From a bacterium (lineage in GTDB: Bacteria > Electryoneota > Electryoneia > Electryoneales > Electryoneaceae), in the NCBI GenBank assembly GCA_963669175.1, contig OY769902.1, positions 896,001-960,000 of the forward strand: a stretch of 64,000 bases of DNA. Reading direction: 5' to 3'. The first letter of the stretch is position 1, and each line of letters opens with the position of its first letter. Under the pieces are notes generated by a model. The model had not been told where the DNA came from, searched no databases, and worked only from the letters and a program-made list of their open reading frames with translations. Below are positions 28,155-39,360 of this stretch, piece after piece. The position numbers and the translations under genes are program-made.

Positions 28155-30584
28155 TTACTTGAGCAGCATGACTTTCCTGACGGAATTGAAGCCATTGGCG
28201 TTCATGCGGATGAAGTACATGCCGCTGGCCATGTTTTCAGCCTGCCAGGTCACGTTGTAGGAACCCGCAGCATAACGACCGCTGGCGAGCTTGGCGACTT
28301 CCTGGCCCATCAGGTTATATACCGCGATGGTCAGGTCGCTGCTCATCGGCACCTCGAAACGCAGGTTGGTGCTCGGGTTGAACGGGTTCGGATAGGCTTC
28401 GCTCAGGCTGAATGCTGACGGCAGAGCGTCATCGCCCAGGTCAACCACGCCTTCTACGTAATCTGCCCAGCCGACGACATGGATAAACCAGTCCGCGTCA
28501 GCAGCCGTAACCGTTTCGCCATCGAATTCAAAGCAATGGCCTTCGCCCCATTCCGGGCCGCTCCACAACGGGTGCGGGAAGGCGCTTTCGTCTATCAACT
28601 CCATCCAGACCCAGAAATCACCGAGGTCACGCAAAGCGTCAACCGTGCTGAAGTTCAATACACAGGTGTTACTGTAAATCAGATACTGGTTGATCCAGAA
28701 GTTCTGGGAATAGAGCTCTGTGCCAGGTTCGATCCCGGGGTTGGAATCATCGGAATAGAAATGGACCGTGATTTCAACGGAATCGATTTCGTTTTCCTGG
28801 AAGTCACCATTCCACAGGCAGCGAATCGAGTCGACATCAAAGTTGGCCAGGTCTTTCGGCAGTTCGTAATACATCAACGGACCCTGACCCTGCTCGAAAC
28901 GGCTGGTCGTATAATCGACGATACGGTTGTTGTAACCGAGTTCGTACTGACCTTCCGGCATAACATCCACTTCGATGGTCTCTGTGGTGTTGTTGGACGC
29001 ATTTTCATCCGGGCTGGCCAGGTGACGTGCGAAGAAAGTGTTGGCGCCTGAGGTCGTGGGCACCCACGCATCCAGACCGTCGTTCGGATCCGGATCCATG
29101 AACAGGGTAACGGTTTCGTCCGGCGCCAGGGTCAATTCTGTTCCAAAGACCTGCGGCACGCCATTGAAGTTCCAGAACGCGCTGAAGGTTTGTTCGTTGT
29201 TGCCCAGGTTGGCGTAAGTCGCACGAGCGCTTGTCGGGTAGCCGACAGAGGTCGGGAAGGGGATATCCAGCGGCAGAACCGCGATATCATATTCCAGACC
29301 GGTTGTGGAATGAATCATGACATCGTCGATGTACAGGCCTTCACCGGCGCCGCCATCATCATTGTCATCGGTACGTGCTTTGAAACGCAGTTGGACAGTT
29401 TCGCCCGCCCACGGGGTCAGATCGATATCTTCTGTCTGTGTACCACCACTGATGAGACCGTTGGTACGCAGCACCCAACCGGCTTCCGAATCGCCGCTGC
29501 CGTTGTCGTAACCATAATCATAAACTACCTGCACCCAGGAGACACCACCATCGTCGGTGATTTCAATCATGTAGTAGTCTTCGAGGGAGTTGTCGCCACT
29601 GCCATCGTCGTCCAGCATGTTGCACCAGACCCAATAGGTCATAAAGGTGGCCGGCCATTCTTCCTGGCTTGGAATCTCAATTTCCGGGGAAACCAGAGCA
29701 TCCAGGATTTCCGGTTCAACCGGGCAATGCCAGGCATGGGATTCGCTGTGGTACGAGGTTGTCTGCAGTTCCCAGAAGTCACCATTGCCACCCTGATCCA
29801 GACCGACAAGATCACTTGGGGTAGCTGTGCCATCGGCATCATTTTCCAGGTACGTTGTGCCACCATCGGAAAGAAGGATGTCATCAAGGAACCAGCTCAA
29901 ATAGCCGCCATCCGGGGTGGATTCACCCGGGTCGGCGCAGAAAGCAAAACGAATCTGGAAACTGCTTTCACCAGCGAAGTCGCCCAGGTCGAAGCTGACA
30001 GCCATCCATTCTGTCGCCAGGTCGCCATCCCAACCGGGGATTCCCGCACCCATACCGAACTCGCTGCCGAACCCATAGAGGCTTTCGGAACCGTAAGGTA
30101 CAGATGGGTCTTCCATGACGTTCCAGGTTTCACCGTCGGTGGAGTACCACACGTTGGCGCCATCCCAACCATCGTAGGGATCATCTGCGCCGGCAGAACC
30201 TTCGCAATCCAGGTACATCATAAAATCGAGAGCCAGATCATCGGACGCATTGGTCAGATCCAGTTCCGGGCTTTCAAGATACATCAGCCAGTGGTCGTTG
30301 TAGCCTTCCAGTTCGGGATCGGCACACCACCAGGAGTTGCCGTCATAGGCGTTAAAACTGTTTACATGCCACATGCTTGGCGAAGCAGTAAGATCACGGG
30401 GATCCCATGCATCCATGCCGCCCTCGAAATCATCGGTCCACCAAGTGGTGTCCTCATCTAATTCCGAGGTGGTAACCAGACTCTGCACGCGCCAGTTCTC
30501 CATGGGGATGGCACGTGAGTACGTGCCAGCGAACGCCGCAGAAGCAAGCAACGCCATCACCAAAATTAGAACCGTTTTACGCAT
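28155..30584 (-). CDS. large acidic secreted protein (jelly-roll, immune-inhibitor-A/MAM-like domains) with C-terminal sorting tail
   Basis: RBS aaggagg; signal peptide MRKTVL; L.SP.[LI]DL and G.YIDD[VI] motifs; YPNPFNP tail. Confidence 0.85.
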   Translation of the reverse strand: MRKTVLILVMALLASAAFAGTYSRAIPMENWRVQSLVTTSELDEDTTWWTDDFEGGMDAWDPRDLTASPSMWHVNSFNAYDGNSWWCADPELEGYNDHWLMYLESPELDLTNASDDLALDFMMYLDCEGSAGADDPYDGWDGANVWYSTDGETWNVMEDPSVPYGSESLYGFGSEFGMGAGIPGWDGDLATEWMAVSFDLGDFAGESSFQIRFAFCADPGESTPDGGYLSWFLDDILLSDGGTTYLENDADGTATPSDLVGLDQGGNGDFWELQTTSYHSESHAWHCPVEPEILDALVSPEIEIPSQEEWPATFMTYWVWCNMLDDDGSGDNSLEDYYMIEITDDGGVSWVQVVYDYGYDNGSGDSEAGWVLRTNGLISGGTQTEDIDLTPWAGETVQLRFKARTDDNDDGGAGEGLYIDDVMIHSTTGLEYDIAVLPLDIPFPTSVGYPTSARATYANLGNNEQTFSAFWNFNGVPQVFGTELTLAPDETVTLFMDPDPNDGLDAWVPTTSGANTFFARHLASPDENASNNTTETIEVDVMPEGQYELGYNNRIVDYTTSRFEQGQGPLMYYELPKDLANFDVDSIRCLWNGDFQENEIDSVEITVHFYSDDSNPGIEPGTELYSQNFWINQYLIYSNTCVLNFSTVDALRDLGDFWVWMELIDESAFPHPLWSGPEWGEGHCFEFDGETVTAADADWFIHVVGWADYVEGVVDLGDDALPSAFSLSEAYPNPFNPSTNLRFEVPMSSDLTIAVYNLMGQEVAKLASGRYAAGSYNVTWQAENMASGMYFIRMNANGFNSVRKVMLLK

Positions 30585-30939
30585 TCCCATCCTCCTTAAA
30601 GTTTTACGGATCAACAGGCAATCTTTTTCTCTCAACACTAACCACCAAAACGCCACCATAGCACGAGATTAAGGTTCCCACACCGGTAGCGAGTGTATCC
30701 CAATACCTCTATGGCAATGACCTGATGGCCATTGAGTACAAGATTGCGTTACAACCCAACTACATATACTAGGCACTCAGAACATTGCAACGCAATAGCT
30801 GAAGACGTTTTTAAGCGAGTGCTTCTAACAATTTACGAACTGCCTGGTGACTTTGCTTGGCAATCACGCACTCCCCTTGGCTACTCCTGCTTGGCAACTC
30901 CGACTGGCAACCCTGCCCGGCAACTCCATCTGCCACCTC

Positions 30940-31397
30940 CGCTTGGCACGCACCCGGGGTAAAACCACAACCACTATTCCAACCCTGAAGGGGTTGCATA
31001 AAGGCTGAAATAATGCAGCAAATGCCCGTATCGACTCATAAAACCATCCATGAAGCAACACCGTTCATTTTGAACTTTATCCAACTCCTTCGGAGTAGAA
31101 TAGATTGGCATTCAAAACCCAGGATTGCCGCCGTCAGTTTGGCGGCTACCCTGGGAGATAATGCGCACAACATATTTACTCCGGAAGGAGTAACCTGATA
31201 ATTATCACAAGTATACAGTGGTAATATTCAGGCAACCCGCAGCCGGGGTTGGCAAGTAGCGTACATCCTATTCCCACCGTGAGCGCCAAACAGACGGCGC
31301 TGGACGGTGGGCTAATACAGAGAACCACTGCCGTGGTTCTTGTACTGGCCGTTCCATCAAGTATCACATTGAAATTGCCATTGGTGAAATATTCGGG
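30940..31397. mobile_element. REP-like palindrome cluster joined to the right half of the 470-bp MITE
   Basis: About 31118-31397 matches 44398-44676 including the right end GTGAAATATTCGGG; upstream palindromes caaccctgaaggggttg and actccttcggagt. Confidence 0.75.
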
Positions 31398-31479
31398 CCA
31401 AGGTACTCCGCAGAATTTTTTGTTAGTCTTGAAGGTAAAATCAGTTTTTAGAACTACGATCTATATCCGGCAAAGTTAG

Positions 31480-32379
31480 CTACATGAATGTCAGGGAAAA
31501 TTTGGCCCTTTGTTCCTGTTGCTGTGGAGGAAACTGAATACGACTCAGACGTTGACGAACACAACGCTCTATCTCTTCACCGGTAAGGGGAGCAGACCAC
31601 TGAGAATTGGTGGTGCTGATGTTTTGAATGTGACCTGAAGGGCTTATCAGCAATTCAATCTGCATTTTTCCGCGCAACTGTGGGTTTTCACTTTTATGAG
31701 CCTGGTAACAAAGGTTCAATTTGGGTTTTGCCGCCCCGATAACACTCATAATCTCGTCCTGGCTCTTACGCTCGGATTTTTTTTCCGGTTGAACCGTTTC
31801 TGCCTGGTCGTTTTCCGGGCCTGTCTCGATCTGGAAGGGTACCGGTGTAAATACAATCCGTTTGAATTCTTCCAACTCGATCATTTGTACATCCGGCAGT
31901 GACAGCTTCTGATGGACAGGCTCCCGATTTATACCCTTTCGCTGCAGAGCAATATCGGCCATGTTTTTTTTGGTAATTTCCGATATGAATTGCAGGATTT
32001 CCGGGTCTGACAACGGCTTCAACGAATCCAGTTCTGCCAGTTCAGGCGGAAGATCCGCAGGAGGCTCCGGTGTATTTCCCAGCAGACGTTTGATCCGTTC
32101 GAATCCTGACGAGGTAGGATAGGTGACGATATAGAATGTTCTTTTGGGAACGCCAAGTGAATCCACCCCTTCGTTCAGAACATACAATTTCCGAACCGGG
32201 TCTGGTTCCGGGGAAAGACTCCAGATCGAGATGCCCGCTACAGCCACAAGGAAGAACAGGGCGACAAGGCCTGCCACGACCACCTGTTTTTTTCGGTCGG
32301 CTCGCTTGTAGCGACGTACAGCGTCTCCACGTCTCGGGCGAGTGGAGGGAGAAGAAGCGTGTTTTTTATGTGATCGCAT
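31480..32379 (-). CDS. single-pass membrane protein with AgmX/PglI (TonB-C-like) C-terminal domain
   Basis: Basic N-terminus, one TM segment, I..VI......L..CY......NPQLRGK...ELLISPSG...IERCV...L..IQFP. Confidence 0.75.
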   Translation of the reverse strand: MRSHKKHASSPSTRPRRGDAVRRYKRADRKKQVVVAGLVALFFLVAVAGISIWSLSPEPDPVRKLYVLNEGVDSLGVPKRTFYIVTYPTSSGFERIKRLLGNTPEPPADLPPELAELDSLKPLSDPEILQFISEITKKNMADIALQRKGINREPVHQKLSLPDVQMIELEEFKRIVFTPVPFQIETGPENDQAETVQPEKKSERKSQDEIMSVIGAAKPKLNLCYQAHKSENPQLRGKMQIELLISPSGHIQNISTTNSQWSAPLTGEEIERCVRQRLSRIQFPPQQQEQRAKFSLTFM

Positions 32380-32426
32380 ATGCGTTGTGTTCTAGCAAAA
32401 TGACCGGACAAAATCGAACGTCCAGT

Positions 32427-34895
32427 TTACTTCACCAACAACAGCTTCTGCAAGTGTGTTGTTCCATCCCCGGTGGTCAACCGGGCAAAATAAACCCCGG
32501 TAGACAGGTGATCCGCCTGCCAGGTAACGGTATGCACACCCGCCTCCATGACGCCATCCATCAGCAAAGCCACCTTCCTGCCGAGTACATCGAAAACTTC
32601 CACACGCGCCGCCGTCCGGGCAGGAAGAGCTACTTTCAGCGTGGTCGTGGAGTTAAACGGATTCGGCCAGGGGGATGCCAGTGAAATGGTTTCAGGATTA
32701 ACGGAGCTTGTGCCGTCCTCAACAGATACTGTGGTATGGCCACGCCCGCGAATGAAATAATCATAGTTGGCAGCAACAGCTTCCTCACCATCGTAATTAT
32801 AATACCTGTCGTCATTATCACCGGGATCGCATACGATGTATGGCACCAGTATATCGCTTCCATCGTACAGGGGTGTAAGCAATTCAAGCCAAACGTAGAA
32901 ACTGCTGTATTGCAACGGCAGTGACTCTCCGTCATTTATCAGCCAGGAACACCAGAAGAGAGAACCCATTCCCTCAATCCAATTGATAGTAGTTGTGTCA
33001 GCAAACATCTCCGAGAACTGCCCCAAATTGCCCGTGAAACCATGTGCGACAAGCTGAATTTCTTCGGGCCACTCCTCAAGGGGAGGCTTATAACACATGA
33101 CTTTTACGGAGTCCAGGTTGGGATCAAAACCGTCTGACCAATATGTTTCGTAATCATCCTCATTGAGAAGATGAACCATGGGGCCGTTGTTTGTATCTTC
33201 GTCCCGGGAAAAATAGGCGATATTCAGGGGACGGCGTTCATCATGCCCCAGCTCAATATCTCCGCCATCAAGCACATCCACTGTGATGGTCAGGCTATCG
33301 TTGGAGGCAACCTGGTCATCGTCACACGTGATCCATGTTGAAACAGTAAGCTCGCCCGATTCTGGCGGATACATTTGATGGGAAAGGGATAGAGTTTCAT
33401 CAACGACCAGCGAATAGGGCGGTTCTTCCAGAAACTGATAAATGCTTGAGCCAAACTGTAGAAATGCGTTGATGTTATCCATGTCTGTGCTGCCGATATT
33501 GGCTATATCAGCTCTTGTGTTAATTACCAATCCCCGGGTTGTGGGAAAAGGAACCTGAAGCCCGGTAACAGCTACGTCATTTTCCGCGTTCAACAATTCG
33601 ACCGTGAAATCATCGACATCGAAATAGCCGAAGGATATGGGGGCAACATTCGGCAAACGTGTAACCAGTCTTACTTTCACCTGGCGCCCCGCGTACGGTG
33701 TGCCATCCCAGGCAACATCCCACCCATCGCTGTGTTTTATCCACTCTTCGCCCGGTTCACCGGTGCAAATGGCGACAGTGTCTTCACCATACGGGCTGGT
33801 TGCGGGATACCAGAGTTCAAGATCACTTGGCATTACCCAGAGATCAAAGCTGAACTGGTCACGCGCCTCTTCCGCCCACTCAAATTCTCCCCTGAACCAG
33901 GCATCAAACCGAATGGATTGATCCGGCCAGATGTGGGGCAGGGTTATCCAGGGGGATTCCCAGACATGCATGACTCGCTGGGCAAAGGTGTCCATGTGAA
34001 GCGCATAATCACCGGAATGTGCGCCTTCCACCAGCGCTCTGGCAAACGAGTGTTCTGTGCTGGGATAGCCGTGCTCGTAAAATACAGGGCCACTGTTGTC
34101 ACTGTCAGGATCACCTATGTACAAGGTGTCTGACGAAGCAACAACCAGGATGCTGTCCAGTTGAAAACCAGTCCAACTGAATTCATCTCGTGTGTCGTCC
34201 CAATAATCGGAACAGAAAACAAACAGAAATTCGGCGTCTGGAACGGATAATTCTGTCCAGTTAGCGATGCAGTGATTCCAGCTACTTAATTCCGGCGAGC
34301 CAGTCCATCCGGGAATATTACCCATGCTGTCGCGATATAAATCAAAAGCATAATTTGCACCACCCAGTGAATCCGTGTTGTACGGGGTTCCATCAATATT
34401 GGTAATCACTTCCAGACGGTCACGCAATTCCGAGCGAAGCATGATAAAAGCGCCATCTCCCGTGTTGGAAGTACATGCTCGCAACAGGAAATCAAACGAT
34501 AACTGAATATCCGATCTTTCACGTAAATCTATCGGTGGCGTACGCAATATCTGGTACCATTGTCCCTCATACCCACCATTATCCGGAAATGCCGGACTTG
34601 TGGTTGAACATCTCCAACTGTTGCTGTGGCCTTGATCTCCCGCAAAGCTTGAAATCCTCCACCGGTTAGTTACCATATCATAACCGTCAAGAAGAGTCCA
34701 GCCATGATCCGCCGATTCAAAGTCCTCGCTGTAAATCAATTCATCCAATTCCATGGAGCCGGTATTATCATTTTCCGAAGGAAGTGGACGAACAATGACA
34801 TCAGCAAACACAAGTGTTCCCGCAACCAGGATCAGGAGGAGAGAAAACGTACAAGCGGCGAAAATCCGGAATGAAGTAGTTCCCATCTTGTTCAT
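32427..34895 (-). CDS. large secreted protein, divergent paralog of 28155-30584, with C-terminal sorting tail
   Basis: Shared motif order (DFE..W, SW.C, GY..W..L..P.IDL, PFPT..G, ELG..R, GP); WPNPFN tail. Confidence 0.8.
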   Translation of the reverse strand: MNKMGTTSFRIFAACTFSLLLILVAGTLVFADVIVRPLPSENDNTGSMELDELIYSEDFESADHGWTLLDGYDMVTNRWRISSFAGDQGHSNSWRCSTTSPAFPDNGGYEGQWYQILRTPPIDLRERSDIQLSFDFLLRACTSNTGDGAFIMLRSELRDRLEVITNIDGTPYNTDSLGGANYAFDLYRDSMGNIPGWTGSPELSSWNHCIANWTELSVPDAEFLFVFCSDYWDDTRDEFSWTGFQLDSILVVASSDTLYIGDPDSDNSGPVFYEHGYPSTEHSFARALVEGAHSGDYALHMDTFAQRVMHVWESPWITLPHIWPDQSIRFDAWFRGEFEWAEEARDQFSFDLWVMPSDLELWYPATSPYGEDTVAICTGEPGEEWIKHSDGWDVAWDGTPYAGRQVKVRLVTRLPNVAPISFGYFDVDDFTVELLNAENDVAVTGLQVPFPTTRGLVINTRADIANIGSTDMDNINAFLQFGSSIYQFLEEPPYSLVVDETLSLSHQMYPPESGELTVSTWITCDDDQVASNDSLTITVDVLDGGDIELGHDERRPLNIAYFSRDEDTNNGPMVHLLNEDDYETYWSDGFDPNLDSVKVMCYKPPLEEWPEEIQLVAHGFTGNLGQFSEMFADTTTINWIEGMGSLFWCSWLINDGESLPLQYSSFYVWLELLTPLYDGSDILVPYIVCDPGDNDDRYYNYDGEEAVAANYDYFIRGRGHTTVSVEDGTSSVNPETISLASPWPNPFNSTTTLKVALPARTAARVEVFDVLGRKVALLMDGVMEAGVHTVTWQADHLSTGVYFARLTTGDGTTHLQKLLLVK

Positions 34896-35039
34896 CGATA
34901 GCCTCGCACACGTCAGTATAGAGATGGTATTGCCCTGAACATCTCTAAATATAGGTGTCTCTCACAGCTTCGCAAACTGGTTTCCCGTATTCCGAACAAT
35001 CTGTCTTGCCTCCTCCTTGCAGGGGCACTACTTTCTGGC

Positions 35040-35807
35040 GTGCGACACAATACCGACATTTTCACGTCTCCAGAACAGAAACTGGTAATCGTTGCGGACG
35101 CCCATCTACCCCTTGATGGACGCCCTGGCGCCGAACTGCGTCTGAAACGGTTTAACGCACTGCTGGATAAACACCAGCAGGATACAGCCGTTTGGGTGCT
35201 ACTCGGTGATATCTTCGATTTCTGGTATGAATGGATTCATGTCGTTCCCAAGCGAGCCTTTCCCCTGTTGCATCGGTTACGGTCTCTCGTTGACCAGGGA
35301 GCACAAGTCCACCTTTTTGCCGGGAACCACGATTTTCGCATCACAGGCTTCCTGGAGAAAGAGGTTGGCCTTACTGTGCATCTGGACGAATGGGCTGCTA
35401 CGGTTGATGGCCGACGTATTTTCTTCCATCACGGTGACGGAATGGCCTCCAAAGATGTTGGCTACCGCAGGATGAAATGGGTTTTTCGGAAAAGCTGGAT
35501 GCAGCAGATTTTCGGAACGATTATCCACCCTGACCTCGCAATGAAAATTGCCAACCTGGCCAGCAGGAAAGGGTACAAGAAAAAAGAACGCTCTATCGAA
35601 GAACGCCGTCCTATTCTTGCTCAATATGAAAAACGAGCGCGCCGTATTCTATCCAATGGTTTTGACCTGGTGGTGTTCGGTCATACGCATAACGCAGCCA
35701 ATATTCACTATCCTGAGGGCTGGTATCATAACCCCGGATCTTTTGACGACGATTACGCCTACAGTGTGATCGAAGGTGGATTGCCGCAGGGGAGACGATT
35801 GAAATGA
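35040..35807 (+). CDS. lpxH: UDP-2,3-diacylglucosamine hydrolase-like metallophosphoesterase
   Basis: ADAHL, LGDIFDFW, GNHD, HHGDG and FGHTH motifs. Confidence 0.85.
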   Translation: MRHNTDIFTSPEQKLVIVADAHLPLDGRPGAELRLKRFNALLDKHQQDTAVWVLLGDIFDFWYEWIHVVPKRAFPLLHRLRSLVDQGAQVHLFAGNHDFRITGFLEKEVGLTVHLDEWAATVDGRRIFFHHGDGMASKDVGYRRMKWVFRKSWMQQIFGTIIHPDLAMKIANLASRKGYKKKERSIEERRPILAQYEKRARRILSNGFDLVVFGHTHNAANIHYPEGWYHNPGSFDDDYAYSVIEGGLPQGRRLK

Positions 35808-38068
35808 ACCGGAAAAAGAATCCCAACCGGCTCTCTATCGGCTTTCTGAACAGAAACAGGCAGGATGCCACCAAGACGAAGAAAAATCTACGACGTCTGT
35901 CCTTCAAGCTTGTTGCCATCTTAGGCCTGGTAACCGGATTGCTTGGCATCGGGCTGGTGTTCACCATCATTGCTCTTCTTTCGGAAGACCTTCCCGGGCT
36001 TGAACAGCTTGAAACCTACAACCCGCGCCTGATTACGCGAGTGCTGGACCGCAATGGCGCTACATTGAAAGAGTTCTTCACCGAACGCAGACAACCGGTT
36101 CCCCTGGATTCAATATCCCAGGCAATGGTCGATGCCATTATCAGTACCGAAGATCGTAAGTTTTATGATCACTGGGGTGTGGACGTATTCGGGATCGCAC
36201 GCGCTGCTGTTGTCAACACGGTTTCCATGTCCAAGAGGCAGGGGGCTTCAACCCTGACCCAGCAATTGGCGCGAAACCTGTATCTGCATCGCCGCAGGAC
36301 GATCCGAAGAAAAATCCGCGAGATCATTACCGCTGTCAATATCGAACGCACCTACGCCAAGGACGAAATTCTGCAAATGTACTTGACCGAAATGTATTTC
36401 GGTCATGGCGCTTACGGTGTTCAGGCGGCGTCACAACGATTTTTCGGTGTCGATGCCAATGACCTTACAGCGCCTCAAGCTGCGATGCTGGCGGGCATGC
36501 TGAAGGCTCCGACACACTATTCACCCGTATATCACCCGGCCGACGCACTGCGTCGAAGGAATACTGTTCTGCAGGCCATGCTGGAGAATGGAGCGCTTTC
36601 CAAGGCCGAGTATGAGGAAGCACGGCGAACTCCTCTGCGTCTGTCCGAAGATATTTTTATCAGTGATGCCGGTGTTGCCCCCTACTTCACAGAATGGATA
36701 CGTCGGCATCTCGAGGAACTGAAAGCCGATGAAGGACTCGATTATTATCGCGATGGGCTCACGGTATATACTCCTCTCGACTCTACCCTTCAGGCAATTG
36801 CTGAAGCGGTAATTGATACCCAGTTAACAACCCTCCAGGCGGATTTTGCCGAACGCTATCGTTGGGAAGAAGACTACAAGGAATGGGCTACCAAGACCTA
36901 TACGGACAGCTTAAACGACAGCGCCCCGGAATTAACGGAAAAAGCGTTGAGCGATTCAGTCCGTAAACTGGTTAATCTGGCCATTGCAGACTCGGCCTGG
37001 GCCTGGGAGATCATCAACCGTCGCTTCCCGGTACAGGTGGCGTTTGTTGCCATGGATCCTCAAACGGGTGACATCCTGGCAATGGTGGGTGGACGCGATT
37101 TTGAAGAATCGAAGTTCAACCGGGTGATTCAATCCCAGCGTCAACCCGGGAGTACGTTCAAGCCCTTTGTATATACTACAGCGATTGATAACGGCTATCC
37201 TCCGAACTACAAAGTGCTGAACATGGTAAAACCGATTACCATGGATGACGGCACCGTATGGCGTCCGGAAAATTATTCGGTGAATGACCGTGGCGGCTAT
37301 ATGAGCCTGCGTGAGGCGCTGCGTTTATCGAAGAATAATGTCACTGTCCGTATGGTCGCCGGAGAAGATCGCCTGGTGCCCATACGTGAGGTGGTCCGAT
37401 ACGCTCACAATATGGGAATCCGTACAGAACTGCCGCCTTATCCTGCTGTGGCGCTTGGCGCGACAGGCGTGATTCCCATTGATATCGTCACCGCCTATTG
37501 TGTGTTTGCTTCCTACGGCATGCGTCCTTCACCTCGTCCGATCTGGCGCATTGAAGACCGGACCGGGGGGACTGTGGCGTCCTATGCGACTTCACGGCAT
37601 ACGGTATTAAGTGAAGAAACCGCTTATATCATGGTTGATATGCTGCAAGATGCGATTAACCGTGGCACGGGAGCCGGGGCACGTTACCGCTACAAGTTTT
37701 ACGCTCCCGCGGCCGGGAAAACCGGAACAACCAACGATTTTACCGACGCCTGGTTCATGGGGTTTACACCGCAACTGGTGGCCGGGGTGTGGATCGGGTT
37801 GGACAATCCGGCCATCAGCCTTGGTCCTGGACAAACCGGTTCACGCGCCGCCATGCCTATCTGGGCCATGTTTATGCGCAATGCCTATGAAGTGAAAGAA
37901 TGGGAACACACCAAGTTCACCAAACCGGTTGGTGTTGTGAACGTGGAAATCTGTGAAGAATCCGACGAACTGGCCGGTCCCTACTGCCCCAAGACCTACA
38001 CCGAAGTCTTCCGTCGTGGCGAAGAACCCACCACGCCTTGCTCGATTCACCGGATCGATAAACGGTAG
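35804..38068 (+). CDS. class A penicillin-binding protein (PBP1A family)
   Basis: EDRKFYDHWG, QGASTLTQQLARN, RKIRE, QPGSTFKP, S.N and GKTGTT motifs. Confidence 0.95.
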   Translation: MNRKKNPNRLSIGFLNRNRQDATKTKKNLRRLSFKLVAILGLVTGLLGIGLVFTIIALLSEDLPGLEQLETYNPRLITRVLDRNGATLKEFFTERRQPVPLDSISQAMVDAIISTEDRKFYDHWGVDVFGIARAAVVNTVSMSKRQGASTLTQQLARNLYLHRRRTIRRKIREIITAVNIERTYAKDEILQMYLTEMYFGHGAYGVQAASQRFFGVDANDLTAPQAAMLAGMLKAPTHYSPVYHPADALRRRNTVLQAMLENGALSKAEYEEARRTPLRLSEDIFISDAGVAPYFTEWIRRHLEELKADEGLDYYRDGLTVYTPLDSTLQAIAEAVIDTQLTTLQADFAERYRWEEDYKEWATKTYTDSLNDSAPELTEKALSDSVRKLVNLAIADSAWAWEIINRRFPVQVAFVAMDPQTGDILAMVGGRDFEESKFNRVIQSQRQPGSTFKPFVYTTAIDNGYPPNYKVLNMVKPITMDDGTVWRPENYSVNDRGGYMSLREALRLSKNNVTVRMVAGEDRLVPIREVVRYAHNMGIRTELPPYPAVALGATGVIPIDIVTAYCVFASYGMRPSPRPIWRIEDRTGGTVASYATSRHTVLSEETAYIMVDMLQDAINRGTGAGARYRYKFYAPAAGKTGTTNDFTDAWFMGFTPQLVAGVWIGLDNPAISLGPGQTGSRAAMPIWAMFMRNAYEVKEWEHTKFTKPVGVVNVEICEESDELAGPYCPKTYTEVFRRGEEPTTPCSIHRIDKR

Positions 38069-38244
38069 CGATTTATTACTGTAGACTGGAAGATGGACAT
38101 ATTCCCGACTCGCTCGAAACTACATCATGGTTCGAAACAGCCCCACAGTATCCATCTGTGACTATAGCAGTAACTCCATCACTTGTGAGTCGGGCCATCC
38201 GGGATACTCGATTCATAGGATCGAAAACGGTAACGCTCTGCCAG

Positions 38245-39144
38245 TTATTGTGAACCCACAGGAATGGCTTCCCGGTCTGTGCTTGTCCCCTGTGACAAGC
38301 GCTGGTTATTGTAAATTTTGTTTATTCTTCCTGTTAGCTTCCAAAGAAGCAGAACCAGCATACATCTGGCCAGAGGTTGCAGATTATCGATAACGTGGAA
38401 GGTTATCGTGTTGGTATAATAAAAACCCTTGAAATACCCCTGGAAAAATGTGTCCGGAATAAAACTCAAGAATACACCTGTTATTGAAAAGACTACTGGT
38501 ATGCATACTAACAACAAGTATACGGTGGTTGGGGTAACAACCAGTCGCGTCTTGCCCTTATACTCGGGAAAAAGCCGGGACCAGATATCTTGCATGATGA
38601 GGATGGGAATGATGAGGTTGACTAATGGAATGAAGTATCCCAGTGAAGCCCAGGGCCTCCCAAAACTCAAACGTGTTTGCAGCAATATCGATGTGTTATA
38701 ATGGCTGCGGTGTGTCCATAACGCAATAAGAATTAGGAGGATAATGTCAATACTTATTGAACCGAAACTTATTTGGCTTTTGATTTCTTTAAGGTGATGG
38801 ATTCTATCTGTCAATGCCTTGTGTTGTTGAGATAGTTCGTCAATTTTTCGTTCCTGTGCTTCGCTTTTAGAGGAATTGTTTCTTAACTCGGCCTGCAGTC
38901 TTATTCTCTCGGTGGACAATTCGACTGCGATATCATTGATAGAATTGACACGATATGAAAAGAAATCGTATAGAGCGTCGATTGCAATATTCAGGAACAG
39001 GCATACCGTAAAGAAAATCAGGAGAGGCTTTATAGGTTTGAATTGAGCCAAGACCACAATGATTTCCTTGTTTGGTTCGCTGTATCCAGTATTTGTTGTG
39101 ACAGAAAATGATCGTATATCTGTTGCCATGATACGAGTGTACAA
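38245..39144 (-). CDS. DUF4328-like membrane protein with coiled coil (start uncertain)
   Basis: W.HR.H.N...W...GYFIP.VNL..P...MQDIW motif; several TM segments; AT-rich. Confidence 0.7.
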   Translation of the reverse strand: MYTRIMATDIRSFSVTTNTGYSEPNKEIIVVLAQFKPIKPLLIFFTVCLFLNIAIDALYDFFSYRVNSINDIAVELSTERIRLQAELRNNSSKSEAQERKIDELSQQHKALTDRIHHLKEIKSQISFGSISIDIILLILIALWTHRSHYNTSILLQTRLSFGRPWASLGYFIPLVNLIIPILIMQDIWSRLFPEYKGKTRLVVTPTTVYLLLVCIPVVFSITGVFLSFIPDTFFQGYFKGFYYTNTITFHVIDNLQPLARCMLVLLLWKLTGRINKIYNNQRLSQGTSTDREAIPVGSQ

Positions 39145-39360
39145 GTTGGTATGTTTGACGTTAAAAAATCAAGAATTTTCGTTATCAAAACCATCACAAT
39201 CCTCGGGCTGAGTCACCGTTATCAATTGTGATTTTCATTCTTTCCCGGGGCCGGCCGTTTGCCATTGCCAGAAAATTTGAATTTCATGTTTTTGAGGATC
39301 TTTTCTCTGGAATGAAGGGTATATATTGAAGCTCATGGTTCCCCTCAAACGGAGGTCTGC

